A model generated the notes under the pieces. It worked only from the letters and a program-made list of their open reading frames with translations, searched no databases and was not told the origin of the DNA. Position numbers and translations under genes: made by a program. Positions 52,975-64,000 of a stretch of DNA of 64,000 nucleotides are shown here, in pieces (the stretch's first letter is position 1; every line of letters starts with the position of its first letter). The DNA comes from an uncultured Acidobacteriota bacterium (lineage in GTDB: Bacteria; Acidobacteriota; UBA6911; RPQK01; JAPXNP01): contig CAVZRV010000027.1 in NCBI GenBank assembly GCA_963777605.1, positions 320,001 through 384,000 on the forward strand. Reading direction: 5' to 3'.

Positions 52975-53865
52975 ATGAAAAGACTCATCATCAGTTTTCT
53001 CCTGTCCACGTTTGTCCCGATCGCGGTATTCGCGCAGAATCCCGCTGAAAGGACGACACTCCAAAAAGTGATGCAGATTTACCAGACCCGGGGGAGCATC
53101 ACTTTTTCCGACCTCTATAACAGCGATCAGTTCAATCCGGAGGAAAAGGCGTTCCTCGGGCGCCTGTACGAAGTCTTCTTCGCCATCCCGGCCTATCTGA
53201 AAGAAGACTTCGAGTCCACAGGCCAGGTCCCGTCTCGCACCCGGATCGGCAGCCATTTCGGCATTAGTCCCCAGTCGGCGAGCCTCCTGCTTTCGGTAAT
53301 GGAGAAAGACGGCCGGATACCGAAGATGTTCACTCGGGATTCCGCCACCCAGGAGATCACTGCCCTCAACCTTGCGAACATCGACCTTTTCATCAAGAGC
53401 AAGGGAGACTCGGTCAAAATGACTCAGTGGGAAGGACAGCCGCTACCACGGTTCTCGATCCAACTGCTGAATGGCGAAACTCTCGACAGCAGCCAGCTAC
53501 GCGGAAAACCGGCGGTGATCTACTTCTGGTTCACGGGCTGCCCCCCGTGCGTCCGTATTGCCCCTATTCTGGCATCTTTGCACTCCGAATACGGAGGCGA
53601 AGGCATCCTGTTTGTCGGGCTAAACGCCGACGAACAGCTGGAAATCGCGACCGATGACGCGTCCAGGCTGCAATACCTGGAAAAACAGGGCATTCGGTTT
53701 CAAAATGGGAACGTCGACGAGGCGACCCAGAAGAGCTTCGGAAACATAAACGTGTACCCAACCCTTTTCTTCGTCTCGGCCGACGGAACGATTGTGAATC
53801 ACATGGTCAACTTTCAGCCGCGCGAGAAGCTGGAGCCGGTGATTAGGAAGCTCCTTGGAGAGTAG
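52975..53865 (+). CDS. TlpA-like thioredoxin-fold protein with an N-terminal extra domain
   Basis: Signal peptide; FWFTGCPPC and YPTLFFV motifs. Confidence 0.82.
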   Translation: MKRLIISFLLSTFVPIAVFAQNPAERTTLQKVMQIYQTRGSITFSDLYNSDQFNPEEKAFLGRLYEVFFAIPAYLKEDFESTGQVPSRTRIGSHFGISPQSASLLLSVMEKDGRIPKMFTRDSATQEITALNLANIDLFIKSKGDSVKMTQWEGQPLPRFSIQLLNGETLDSSQLRGKPAVIYFWFTGCPPCVRIAPILASLHSEYGGEGILFVGLNADEQLEIATDDASRLQYLEKQGIRFQNGNVDEATQKSFGNINVYPTLFFVSADGTIVNHMVNFQPREKLEPVIRKLLGE

Positions 53866-53948
53866 AACGGAGTCTGCATTGAGGAGATCTCGTGGTGGAA
53901 CGGCCTGAATGAACCCAAATTCCGTTCCTGCAGTCAGATAATCCGAGC

Positions 53949-55226
53949 ATGTCTCTGTATCGTGAAGTTGGACCCGCAGCAGCGATTTTCCTGGTGGTGG
54001 GGAATATTGTCGGGATCGGCATCTACACCACGTCGGGCCTGATTGCCGGAGAACTCGGAGCGACCCCGTGGCTGGTCGGGATATGGGTTTTGGGCGGCCT
54101 TCTGGCCCTGGTTGGAGCTGTCTGTTACTCAAGGCTCGGCGTCCTCTTTCCTAAGGCCGGTGGGGAATACGCTTTTCTTCGCCCGACCTTCGGCCCCCTG
54201 GCTGCCTTCTTGTCGGGCTGGGCTTCCCTCTTCATCGGGTTTACGGCTCCTATCGCCGCGTCGGCCTTGGGGTTGGCGCATTACATGCACGGATTGCTGC
54301 CGTTTGACCCGGCAAATAACGGCCTCACTCTCCGACTGAGCGCTGCCGTAACGCTGGTTACAGTTGGGATTCTGATCTCGTTCGGGTTGAGAGCCGGCAA
54401 CCGTCTTCATTCCCTGATCACGATCCTCAACATCGGACTCCTCGTTGCCTTCGCGGTCCTGGTCCTCAGCAAGGAGACACTTGCGGGTGGGAACCTGTCC
54501 CGATCGCTGGCTGGAAGCTTCAAGCCTGACAATTTGCCCGCACTCGGATCGGCCGTCGTCCTGGTTCTGTTCTCCTACAGCGGCTGGAATGCGGCGGCGT
54601 ATATCGGTGAGGAAATTAAGAAACCCGAACGAAATCTGCCCCTGGCCCTTCTGGTGGGAACTTTCACGGTTGTAATTCTCTACGGACTGATCAACCTTGC
54701 CTATTTCTCCTCGGTGCCGCTGAGCGACCTTTCCGGACAGGTGGCGGTTGCCGAAATTGCCGCGGAGGCTACTTTTGGTGCGCTTGGAAGGACGCTGGTC
54801 AACCTGCTCATCCTGTTCTCGATCCTGAGTTCCCTCACAGCGATGTCGATTGCGGGTCCCCGAGTTTACTTCGCAATGGCACGGGATCGACTCTTCCCAG
54901 GCTGGCTGGCGGAAGTCGATCCCCGTCGCAAGATTCCGATCCGGGCCATCTGGTTTCAGACCGGAATTGCGCTTTGCTTCGTGGCGGTAGGCAACCTGTA
55001 CCAGATTCTGGTCTATTCCGGATTCATCATGATTCTGTTCAGCACCCTGACGGTCGCTGCACTCTTCAAGGTGACCCGCTACCGGTTGCTACCGACGATC
55101 TTCATCACCGCCAACAGTGCCGTGATGATCAACGCCGCGATCAGCAATCCCGTCGAAACCGCCGCCGGACTCGTGACCGTCGCGGCGGGACTCCCGGTTT
55201 ACTGGTATTACCGACGGGTTCAATGA
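53949..55226 (+). CDS. APC family amino acid permease
   Basis: NIVGIGIY, PKAGGEY, FSYSGWN and EEIKKPERNLP motifs. Confidence 0.92.
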   Translation: MSLYREVGPAAAIFLVVGNIVGIGIYTTSGLIAGELGATPWLVGIWVLGGLLALVGAVCYSRLGVLFPKAGGEYAFLRPTFGPLAAFLSGWASLFIGFTAPIAASALGLAHYMHGLLPFDPANNGLTLRLSAAVTLVTVGILISFGLRAGNRLHSLITILNIGLLVAFAVLVLSKETLAGGNLSRSLAGSFKPDNLPALGSAVVLVLFSYSGWNAAAYIGEEIKKPERNLPLALLVGTFTVVILYGLINLAYFSSVPLSDLSGQVAVAEIAAEATFGALGRTLVNLLILFSILSSLTAMSIAGPRVYFAMARDRLFPGWLAEVDPRRKIPIRAIWFQTGIALCFVAVGNLYQILVYSGFIMILFSTLTVAALFKVTRYRLLPTIFITANSAVMINAAISNPVETAAGLVTVAAGLPVYWYYRRVQ

Positions 55227-55334
55227 CTCCTATTCGGGTTCCCGAACTTTCGCGATAGGGGGTCCAGTCCAAGGGAAGAACAGGCCAGGAAAACCAACGT
55301 CGGCAACAGGGACCGAACCGGAGCGACTGTCCAA

Positions 55335-55901
55335 TCAGCCCCCATTCAACTCCCGGTGGCGGAAGCACCCGACGACATGATCGTTGACCATTCCGACGGC
55401 CTGCATGAAGGCGTAGCAAATCGTCGGACCTGCGAACCGAAATCCGGCAGCCGAAAGCTCCCGGCTCATCCGTGCCGACGCGTCCGTATGGGCAGGGATC
55501 TGGCGCAAGTCGCTCCAGCAATTCTGAATCGTCCTGCCCTCAACGAACTGCCATAGAAAGGAATCGAACGAACGCTCTCGGGTCCGGAGATCCAGGTAGG
55601 CACGAGCATTTCGCACTGCGGCCGAGACTTTGGCCCGATTCCGAACAATTCCCGGGTCCTTCAACAACTCTGCGAGCTTCGCCTCGTCATAGTGGGCCAT
55701 CTTCTCCGGGTCGAATCCGTCGAACGCCCGGTAATAGCCGTCCCGCTTCTTGAGGATGGTCAGCCAGCTCAGCCCCGCCTGGGCGCCGTCAAGGATCAGT
55801 TTTGCGAACAGACGCTGGTCGTCATGCTCGGGAACGCCCCATTCCTGATCGTGATAGTCAACATACAGGGGATGATTCAGACACCACGAGCAACGTTCCA
55901 T
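55335..55901 (-). CDS. tag: DNA-3-methyladenine glycosylase I
   Basis: RCSW, YHDQEWG, QAGLSWLTILKKR and MQAVGMVNDH...C motifs. Confidence 0.95.
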   Translation of the reverse strand: MERCSWCLNHPLYVDYHDQEWGVPEHDDQRLFAKLILDGAQAGLSWLTILKKRDGYYRAFDGFDPEKMAHYDEAKLAELLKDPGIVRNRAKVSAAVRNARAYLDLRTRERSFDSFLWQFVEGRTIQNCWSDLRQIPAHTDASARMSRELSAAGFRFAGPTICYAFMQAVGMVNDHVVGCFRHRELNGG

Positions 55902-55976
55902 CAGTTTTCCAGCTCACCCCCAAGACACCGCAGACGCCCGGGTCAAACTGATCAAATCACTGCCGGTCACCGGCTG

Positions 55977-58012
<2,036 letters not shown>

Positions 58013-58141
58013 TTTTCAGGGTTGGTCCTAGCTTAGCGGGAAACCCCCGGCAGTTCAATGCTTGTGGCCGAACTCCAAGCAGTCAGGCACAGCCCCTAAG
58101 GGGTGACTGCGCCTGCCAAAACAGTTCAGCCGTCGAACGGC

Positions 58142-59431
58142 CTAGGTAGCAGACTGGCCCGGGAAGAGGTCGTTCCGGATCGGCAGGGCCGCCCGCTGCT
58201 CCACCGCGTCGTAACCCATAATCGTGGCTATGGCGGCTCTCATGCCTTCGTTCCCGTCACAAAGATTGGGCCGACCATCCCGGATCGTCTGAGCAAATCC
58301 TTCCAGTTCGAGACGATAGGCACTCAGCGCATTGAATCCGGCCGACGTTCCGGCCACTGCGGTGCCGGCGGCATCGCGAACCCGGCTCGCGGAAGCCTGC
58401 ATCACCGGAGTGTCACTCTTAACCGACTCCACCTTCAACTCGGTCGGCTCGGCACCACCTTCGTAAAACAGCATGGCTTCGCTCTCGGCACTGAGCAGGA
58501 TGGTTCCCTTCGTCCCGAAAATGGCCTCGTAATAGTGGTCCCAGCCATTCGATTCGATGGACGAGTAGCTCAGCGTGAGATTGTTCGGGTATTCATATAT
58601 GAGGTAGACGTGGTCGGGAACCTCGCGGCCATCGTCGTAGCGGTAAATGCCGCCACTGCCGTATACCTTTTCCGGGACGGTGCCCGTGAACCAGTTGATG
58701 ACCTGCAACTGGTGACTGGCCAGTTCGGCCATCAACCCGAGCGAATACTTGTCGTAAAGCCGCCAATTCTTGAGTCGCTCGAGGTCGGGATATCCCCAAG
58801 GGGTCGGATCAAAATCGCTGTCGGTGGGGACGGCTCTCCGCCAATCGTTGTTGCGGTGCCAGACCGCCCGGACGTGGTAGACATCGCCAATCGAGCCGGA
58901 GTCAAACAACTGCTTTGCCTCATGGTAGAGCGGGCTGTAGGTGCGCTGATGCCCGATCTGCAGGTTCCTGCGAGCCGAACGGGATGCATCGATCATTTCC
59001 CGGCATTTGTCGATACCGATCGCCATCGTTTTCTCGCAGAAAACGTGCTTTCCCGCCTGAAGAGCGTCGATCGCCATCTTGTCATGCATCCAGAGGGGTG
59101 TGGCGATAATGATTGCTTCCAGGTCACGCCGTTCCAGCATTTCCCGGTAATCGACGTAGGCCTTGGCGTCGGGATCATGACGCTCCTGAGCGATCTTCAG
59201 TGCCCGTTCCCGATTGGGCGGAAAAATGTCGCAAACGGCCGAAATCCGGATATGGCTGGGCGGAGCATTTTCGAGAAGAACTCCCCCTTCGCCCCCGATT
59301 CCGATGATTCCCGCTCGAACCGGCGTCATCGACGAGGCCTTCCAGATCAGCGCGCCGGCCACCGGAGTCGCGGCAACCGCCTTGATGAAATTTCTCCTTC
59401 CCAGTTCCCTCTTCTCTTCGGTCAAATTCAT
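58142..59431 (-). CDS. Gfo/Idh/MocA family oxidoreductase with twin-arginine signal
   Basis: GRRNFIK Tat motif; GIIGIGGEG, IATPLWMH, HVFCEK and ELASHQ motifs. Confidence 0.92.
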   Translation of the reverse strand: MNLTEEKRELGRRNFIKAVAATPVAGALIWKASSMTPVRAGIIGIGGEGGVLLENAPPSHIRISAVCDIFPPNRERALKIAQERHDPDAKAYVDYREMLERRDLEAIIIATPLWMHDKMAIDALQAGKHVFCEKTMAIGIDKCREMIDASRSARRNLQIGHQRTYSPLYHEAKQLFDSGSIGDVYHVRAVWHRNNDWRRAVPTDSDFDPTPWGYPDLERLKNWRLYDKYSLGLMAELASHQLQVINWFTGTVPEKVYGSGGIYRYDDGREVPDHVYLIYEYPNNLTLSYSSIESNGWDHYYEAIFGTKGTILLSAESEAMLFYEGGAEPTELKVESVKSDTPVMQASASRVRDAAGTAVAGTSAGFNALSAYRLELEGFAQTIRDGRPNLCDGNEGMRAAIATIMGYDAVEQRAALPIRNDLFPGQSAT

Positions 59432-59938
59432 TTAACGATTCCTCCACCAGTGGCGAACCAAGATATCAAGTCCCATTATATGCCCTGTGGGAAATGAGGC
59501 CACAACGACCAGCGCCAGTATCTCGATCAGGTTCTTGTCGACGTACAGTTCAGTGCCCTGCGCCGTGGAAACCACGAAACCGGCATAATCGAGGGGCGGC
59601 ATTGCCGCGTAGATCATACCGAGAAGCAGGATGCCGCAGATGGCGGCCGTCCGCGTGAACAACCCGACCATCAAGCAAAGACCCAACAACATCAGGCCGA
59701 GAATCATCGCGTAATTGGCGATCGTCAGCATCCAGGGGGTCTGCGCGATCATCTTGAAGGGGCCCCAACTGGCGTTGAGATAGCCTCCCGCACTCCAATA
59801 TGAAGAAATGATCTTTCCAAAGCCCTGATAAAAGAAATGCCATCCGATTGAAAAGCGCAGGACTATCAGAACGAACTTCTGCCAGCCTGTCAGGGAAGAT
59901 ATCTCTCCAGCCAAAATCCCACCTCCATTAATCGACAC
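59432..59938 (-). CDS. DoxX/DoxD-family membrane protein
   Basis: LRFSIGWHFFYQGFGK, GLCLMVGLFTR and YVDKNLIE motifs. Confidence 0.85.
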   Translation of the reverse strand: MSINGGGILAGEISSLTGWQKFVLIVLRFSIGWHFFYQGFGKIISSYWSAGGYLNASWGPFKMIAQTPWMLTIANYAMILGLMLLGLCLMVGLFTRTAAICGILLLGMIYAAMPPLDYAGFVVSTAQGTELYVDKNLIEILALVVVASFPTGHIMGLDILVRHWWRNR

Positions 59939-60962
59939 TCACTTTTTCAATGCAGCGCGCGGCACAGCCAAAACTGATAATCTCCACTCGATCCCCTTCC
60001 CCGGACGCGCGCGCCACGACAGCACCCACATCCGGATGAGAACCGCAGTATCGCTCAATCTCATCCAGCGTCATCACAAAGAAGGCTGTGGCCAAACCAT
60101 CGGCGGTGGCCGCGTCAGGAGCGAGAGCGGTTGTACTCAAGTGATGCATGACCGGCTCTCCCGACCGAGGATCAATGATATGTCCGTAGCGCCGTCCATC
60201 CACCTCGAAGTACTGCTCTTCAATTCCCGACGTCGCCATTCCCAGGTTCTCGAGCCGGAGCGTGAGCAGGTTCGACTCGAGACGGATCGGATGCCTTACC
60301 CCGACACGCCAACCCGCGCCGTCATGGGAAGGATGCCCGCAGGCCAGCACGCTGCTGCTGCCGGCGTTCAAAAGCACCCTTTCAAATCCGGCATTCTGAA
60401 GCATGCTGCCGGCCCGATCAAGTGCGAATCCCTTCCCGATGCTGCCGAGGTTGAGTTCCACTCCCGGACGGTCGAGCGAGGCGCAGCGACTCGAATCATC
60501 CAGGACGACCAAGTGGAAGCCGCTTCGGTGCCGGGCTCCGTCCAGTTCGTCGGGCGGCGGAGGCTGACCCTGCCGGCGGTGGAACCCCCAGCACCTCCAA
60601 AGGCTCCCGGCAGCCGCATCAAAAGCTCCTCCGGTTTCTTCCCAAAGTTCGCGGCAACGGGTCAGGAGCCCGAAAAGCTCCGGTTCGACCGGAATCGGGC
60701 ACTCCGCCCCATCCCGATTGATCTGTGTGATTCGGCTGACCGGATCGAAGTAGCTCATCAGGCCTTCCAGCCGGCGGACTTCGTCAAGAGCGCGTTGCAC
60801 GTCTTCGATCTGGGGACGGTACTCGGGCGGGAAAACGACTTCGATCCGGCCACCCATGGCGTTCCGCCCGAGTTTGAGCAGGTAGAGATCGGGGGCCGGC
60901 GCTGCCGGTTTTCCGAGGCGGAAGAAATCTCGGCGACTCCTGAAGTCTCTAGTACGTGTCAA
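59928..60962 (-). CDS. apbE: FAD:protein FMN transferase
   Basis: AMG, TGGAFD, LNLGSIGKGFALD, MATSG, HIIDPRSG and ADGLATA motifs. Confidence 0.92.
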   Translation of the reverse strand: MTRTRDFRSRRDFFRLGKPAAPAPDLYLLKLGRNAMGGRIEVVFPPEYRPQIEDVQRALDEVRRLEGLMSYFDPVSRITQINRDGAECPIPVEPELFGLLTRCRELWEETGGAFDAAAGSLWRCWGFHRRQGQPPPPDELDGARHRSGFHLVVLDDSSRCASLDRPGVELNLGSIGKGFALDRAGSMLQNAGFERVLLNAGSSSVLACGHPSHDGAGWRVGVRHPIRLESNLLTLRLENLGMATSGIEEQYFEVDGRRYGHIIDPRSGEPVMHHLSTTALAPDAATADGLATAFFVMTLDEIERYCGSHPDVGAVVARASGEGDRVEIISFGCAARCIEKVSVD

Positions 60963-61176
60963 CTCTTACAGCTTAGCATCCCAGGCAGAAGTTTGAGGTT
61001 CCGAGCTTTCGGGTTTCGGGGTGAGACACCCTCGTCCCCGATTGTCACCCAACCAAGACCTTCGTCCAGCTTGGTACGCCGTTCCGGGATTTAGGGGATG
61101 GATGCTCCATTTCCAAATTGCGAGTCATACTTCTTCCAATCTGTTCGGTCCCGGCGACTTCGGTTAAGATTCGGGC

Positions 61177-62691
61177 ATGATCTACCTGGGAATCGACTGC
61201 GGCACTCAGAGTCTGAAAATCCTCGCCTGGTCTCCGGACCGGGGAGACCTCGCCTCCGCCTCCCGGAAATACCCATTGATCCAGGGACTTCCCGCCGGTC
61301 ACAAAGAGCAACATCCCGATGAGTGGACCCGGGCTCTTGACGAGTGCATGCGGGAACTTGAGGCTCAGGTGCCATTCGAAAAGGTTGCGGCGATCGGTGT
61401 CTCGGGGCAGCAGCACGGGCTGGTCGTCCTGGATGGAACCGATCGGGTAATTCGGCCGGCGAAGCTTTGGAACGACACCAGTACCCAGGCTCAATGCGAC
61501 GAGATCGTAGAACGTTGCGGAGGGATCGAGGCCTACCGCAACGAGATCGGCAACAGTCTTCCGCCTGGATTTACCGCTTCCAAGCTTCTCTGGCTGAAGC
61601 AGCACGAACCGGAGAGCTACCGCAGGATACGCCAGTTCTTCCTGCCCCATGACTACCTGAACTTCCACCTCACCGGCGAGCGTGTGGCCGAATACGGCGA
61701 TGCCTCCGGTTCAGGCTATTTCAGGGTGCGGGAACGGAAGTGGTCTGAAAAAGTCCTGCTGGCAATCGACGAAAGCGGATTCCTCCTGGAAAGTTTGGCT
61801 CCCCTCATTCCATCTTCGGTGTGCGCCGGGCTGCTGCGCGCGAGCCTCTCCGAACAATGGGGGCTCCCTTCCGGTGTCAAAGTCAGTTCTGGTGGCGGCG
61901 ACAACATGATGGGTGCGATCGGATCGGGAAACGTCTGGCCGGGCGTAATAACGGTCAGCCTGGGCACGTCGGGGACGCTCTATTCTTACAGTGAGTCCCC
62001 GGTCGTGGACCCGGCCGGTGAGATCGCCGCATTTTGCGATTCGACCGGCGGATGGCTTCCGCTCGGCTGCACCATGAACGTCACGGTAGCCACGGAGATG
62101 GTCCGGCGGTCGATCCTCGATGCGGACTTCGACGGCCTGGAACTGGCGATAAAGTCCGTGCCTGCCGGCTCGGATGGGCTGCTCCTGATTCCCTTTCTCG
62201 AAGGAGAGCGGATGCCGTCGGTCCCGGATGGAACCGGTGTCTATCTCGGAATTCGTCCCGCCACCTGCACTCCGGGCCACCTGGCCCGGGCCGCCATGGA
62301 GGGAGTGACCCTTGGCCTTCGCTACGGGCTCGAGCGCATGCGGGAACTGGGTTTGGAAACCCGGGAACTCCGGCTGATCGGCGGGGGCGCACGAAGTTCG
62401 GTCTGGAGACAGATGATCGCTGACACCTTCGGACTGGTGGTCGGTTCGCCGGTTAGCGCCGAAGGCCCGGCTCTCGGGGCCGCCATTCAGGCGATGTGGG
62501 CCGACTGCGGGGGCGACATCCGGACACTGGCCGAGGACCACGTCCGCATCGATCCCGAAACCCGCCACGAGCCCGACCCGGGGGAGTCGGCCAAGTACGA
62601 GGAACTCTTCGACTTCTACCAGTCGGTCAGTCGATCACTGATCGATGGCCCCGTGTTCCATCTACACCGCAAACACGTGAGAACGTCTTGA
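61177..62691 (+). CDS. xylB: Xylulokinase (FGGY family)
   Basis: GIDCGTQS, SGQQHG, KLWND, GGGDNMMGAIG and SLGTSG motifs. Confidence 0.9.
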   Translation: MIYLGIDCGTQSLKILAWSPDRGDLASASRKYPLIQGLPAGHKEQHPDEWTRALDECMRELEAQVPFEKVAAIGVSGQQHGLVVLDGTDRVIRPAKLWNDTSTQAQCDEIVERCGGIEAYRNEIGNSLPPGFTASKLLWLKQHEPESYRRIRQFFLPHDYLNFHLTGERVAEYGDASGSGYFRVRERKWSEKVLLAIDESGFLLESLAPLIPSSVCAGLLRASLSEQWGLPSGVKVSSGGGDNMMGAIGSGNVWPGVITVSLGTSGTLYSYSESPVVDPAGEIAAFCDSTGGWLPLGCTMNVTVATEMVRRSILDADFDGLELAIKSVPAGSDGLLLIPFLEGERMPSVPDGTGVYLGIRPATCTPGHLARAAMEGVTLGLRYGLERMRELGLETRELRLIGGGARSSVWRQMIADTFGLVVGSPVSAEGPALGAAIQAMWADCGGDIRTLAEDHVRIDPETRHEPDPGESAKYEELFDFYQSVSRSLIDGPVFHLHRKHVRTS

Positions 62692-63039
62692 TTTGAGATC
62701 GAAGGTTCCCGATCTTCAAGATCACAAATCACAGGGTGTGTTACCCAAGCTCGGAGGGAGAATCATCCTCCCTGGATTCTCTCCGCATCCTTTCTCCCGT
62801 GCGGTCGTTTCGCTTCCCCTCCCTCGAAACTGCGCCTTTTCCACTTTCTGCACGCGGTCTCTTCGCACTTTTTCCCCGCACGTTCGTTACTATTAAATGG
62901 GGTTAGGGGTTTGGCCTCCGCCAGAGGCTTTGCCCGGGGGTTTCGTGCGCCCGCCGACGGATTGGACACCGAGAGACGGGGCAGATTTGGCTCCAGTGGC
63001 GATTTCGGCAACACGCCCCTCAAATCACGAATCGCAGAT

Positions 63040-64000
63040 TCATTCAATTGTTTCCGGCCCGATGCCCTTTTCTTCGTCGATCACGTAGTGACGGTCTGCC
63101 GAGACGTCGGAGAAACGCTGGATCGTGCCACTCGGCCAGATCACCTCGATCGAGTCGATCTTGTCTGCCGAGCCCAATCCGAAATGTGCCCGTGGATCGC
63201 TGACCGCGTATATCCCGACTGTACGCTTGATCTCCCAGACCTGTCTGAGTCCGGCCGCCGTCAGGTTGATCCTCGTACCGATGCCGTCACGGTTGCTCTT
63301 CCTGCCGACCGTCCGGAACATGGCCCAGTGGTTGCCGCCTTTCTGATCGCAACGGAAAAGTGAAGGGGATCCATTCATGTTGGCAACCACAAAATCGATG
63401 TCCCCGTCATTGTCGAAATCAGCAAAAGCGGCCGCCCGGCTAACCTCCGGTTCCTGAACCGCCGGGCCAACCAATTTCCCCACGTCGCTGAAAGTCCCAT
63501 TCCGCTCGTTGCGGTAGAGACTCTTCGGCTGGGCGTAGGACTCGTTGAGCGCCGCCTTGATCAGGTACGGGTAGACGTGCCCGTTCGAGTGGATGATGTC
63601 TTTCCAGCCGTCCAGGTCGAAGTCGACAAACCGGGTTCCCCAACTGACGAGCAGCCATTCGGGCCCGGCAATTTTGGCCGAAGAAGTGACGTCTTCGAAA
63701 AGCAGGCTTCCCTTGTTGAGGTACAGGGTGCTGTATTCGAGGGCGAAGTGGGTCATGAAGACATCGAGTTGACCGTCGTTGTCGTAGTCCGCGGCGTCGA
63801 TCCCCATGCTCGCCTGTTCGAGCCCGTCGGCATTGAGCGCCAGGCCGCTCATGAAACCCATCTCGTCGAAGGTGCCATTCCCCCGGTTGACAAAGACAAG
63901 ATTGGGAGTGGCATCATCGGCGACCACGATGTCCAGGTCGCGGTCGTTGTCCAGGTCGGCCATCACGCAACCCAACCCGTCGTACGAACCGACCGCGCCG
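63040..64000 (-). CDS. CRTAC1 family FG-GAP repeat / ASPIC-UnbV protein (5' end outside the window)
   Basis: Repeated DxDNDGxxD motifs; SNRDGIG, HFGLG and IEVIWPSG. Confidence 0.9.
   Translation of the reverse strand, partial: GAVGSYDGLGCVMADLDNDRDLDIVVADDATPNLVFVNRGNGTFDEMGFMSGLALNADGLEQASMGIDAADYDNDGQLDVFMTHFALEYSTLYLNKGSLLFEDVTSSAKIAGPEWLLVSWGTRFVDFDLDGWKDIIHSNGHVYPYLIKAALNESYAQPKSLYRNERNGTFSDVGKLVGPAVQEPEVSRAAAFADFDNDGDIDFVVANMNGSPSLFRCDQKGGNHWAMFRTVGRKSNRDGIGTRINLTAAGLRQVWEIKRTVGIYAVSDPRAHFGLGSADKIDSIEVIWPSGTIQRFSDVSADRHYVIDEEKGIGPETIE

Overview
GC-rich bacterial chromosomal window. The gene repertoire (FG-GAP/ASPIC-UnbV protein, PQQ dehydrogenase with inserted cytochrome c, Tat-type Gfo/Idh/MocA protein, Spy/CpxP proteins) suggests a diderm host, possibly Acidobacteriota; this is inference, not a phylogenetic result. 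Most genes are metabolic or housekeeping: corA, split methionine-synthase modules, galT/galK/GH2 beta-galactosidase, ilvC, maltokinase, tag, thiC with a TPP riboswitch, xylB. The standout is a compact minus-strand operon at 14.4-18.6 kb: an 85-aa Gly/Ala-rich hydrophobic precursor, a stem-loop, a 4-TM protein, SpoIIM/DUF95, Yip1, an ABC ATPase and two permease-like proteins. This is the gene signature of head-to-tail circular bacteriocins, which are characterised almost only from Gram-positive Bacillota. It is flanked by a small Xis/BldC-like HTH gene, 9-bp tandem repeats and a structured intergenic element. Other oddities: an internally duplicated CPBP protease, a B12 radical SAM-STAS fusion, a ~65% Asp/Glu microprotein, a truncated tyrosine phenol-lyase, 9-mer palindromic intergenic repeats and an ApbE-DoxX-oxidoreductase operon. 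Five single-base frameshifts in three genes suggest sequencing or assembly indels. No rRNA, tRNA, CRISPR array or transposase was recognised. All calls come from motif recognition by eye, without database searches.
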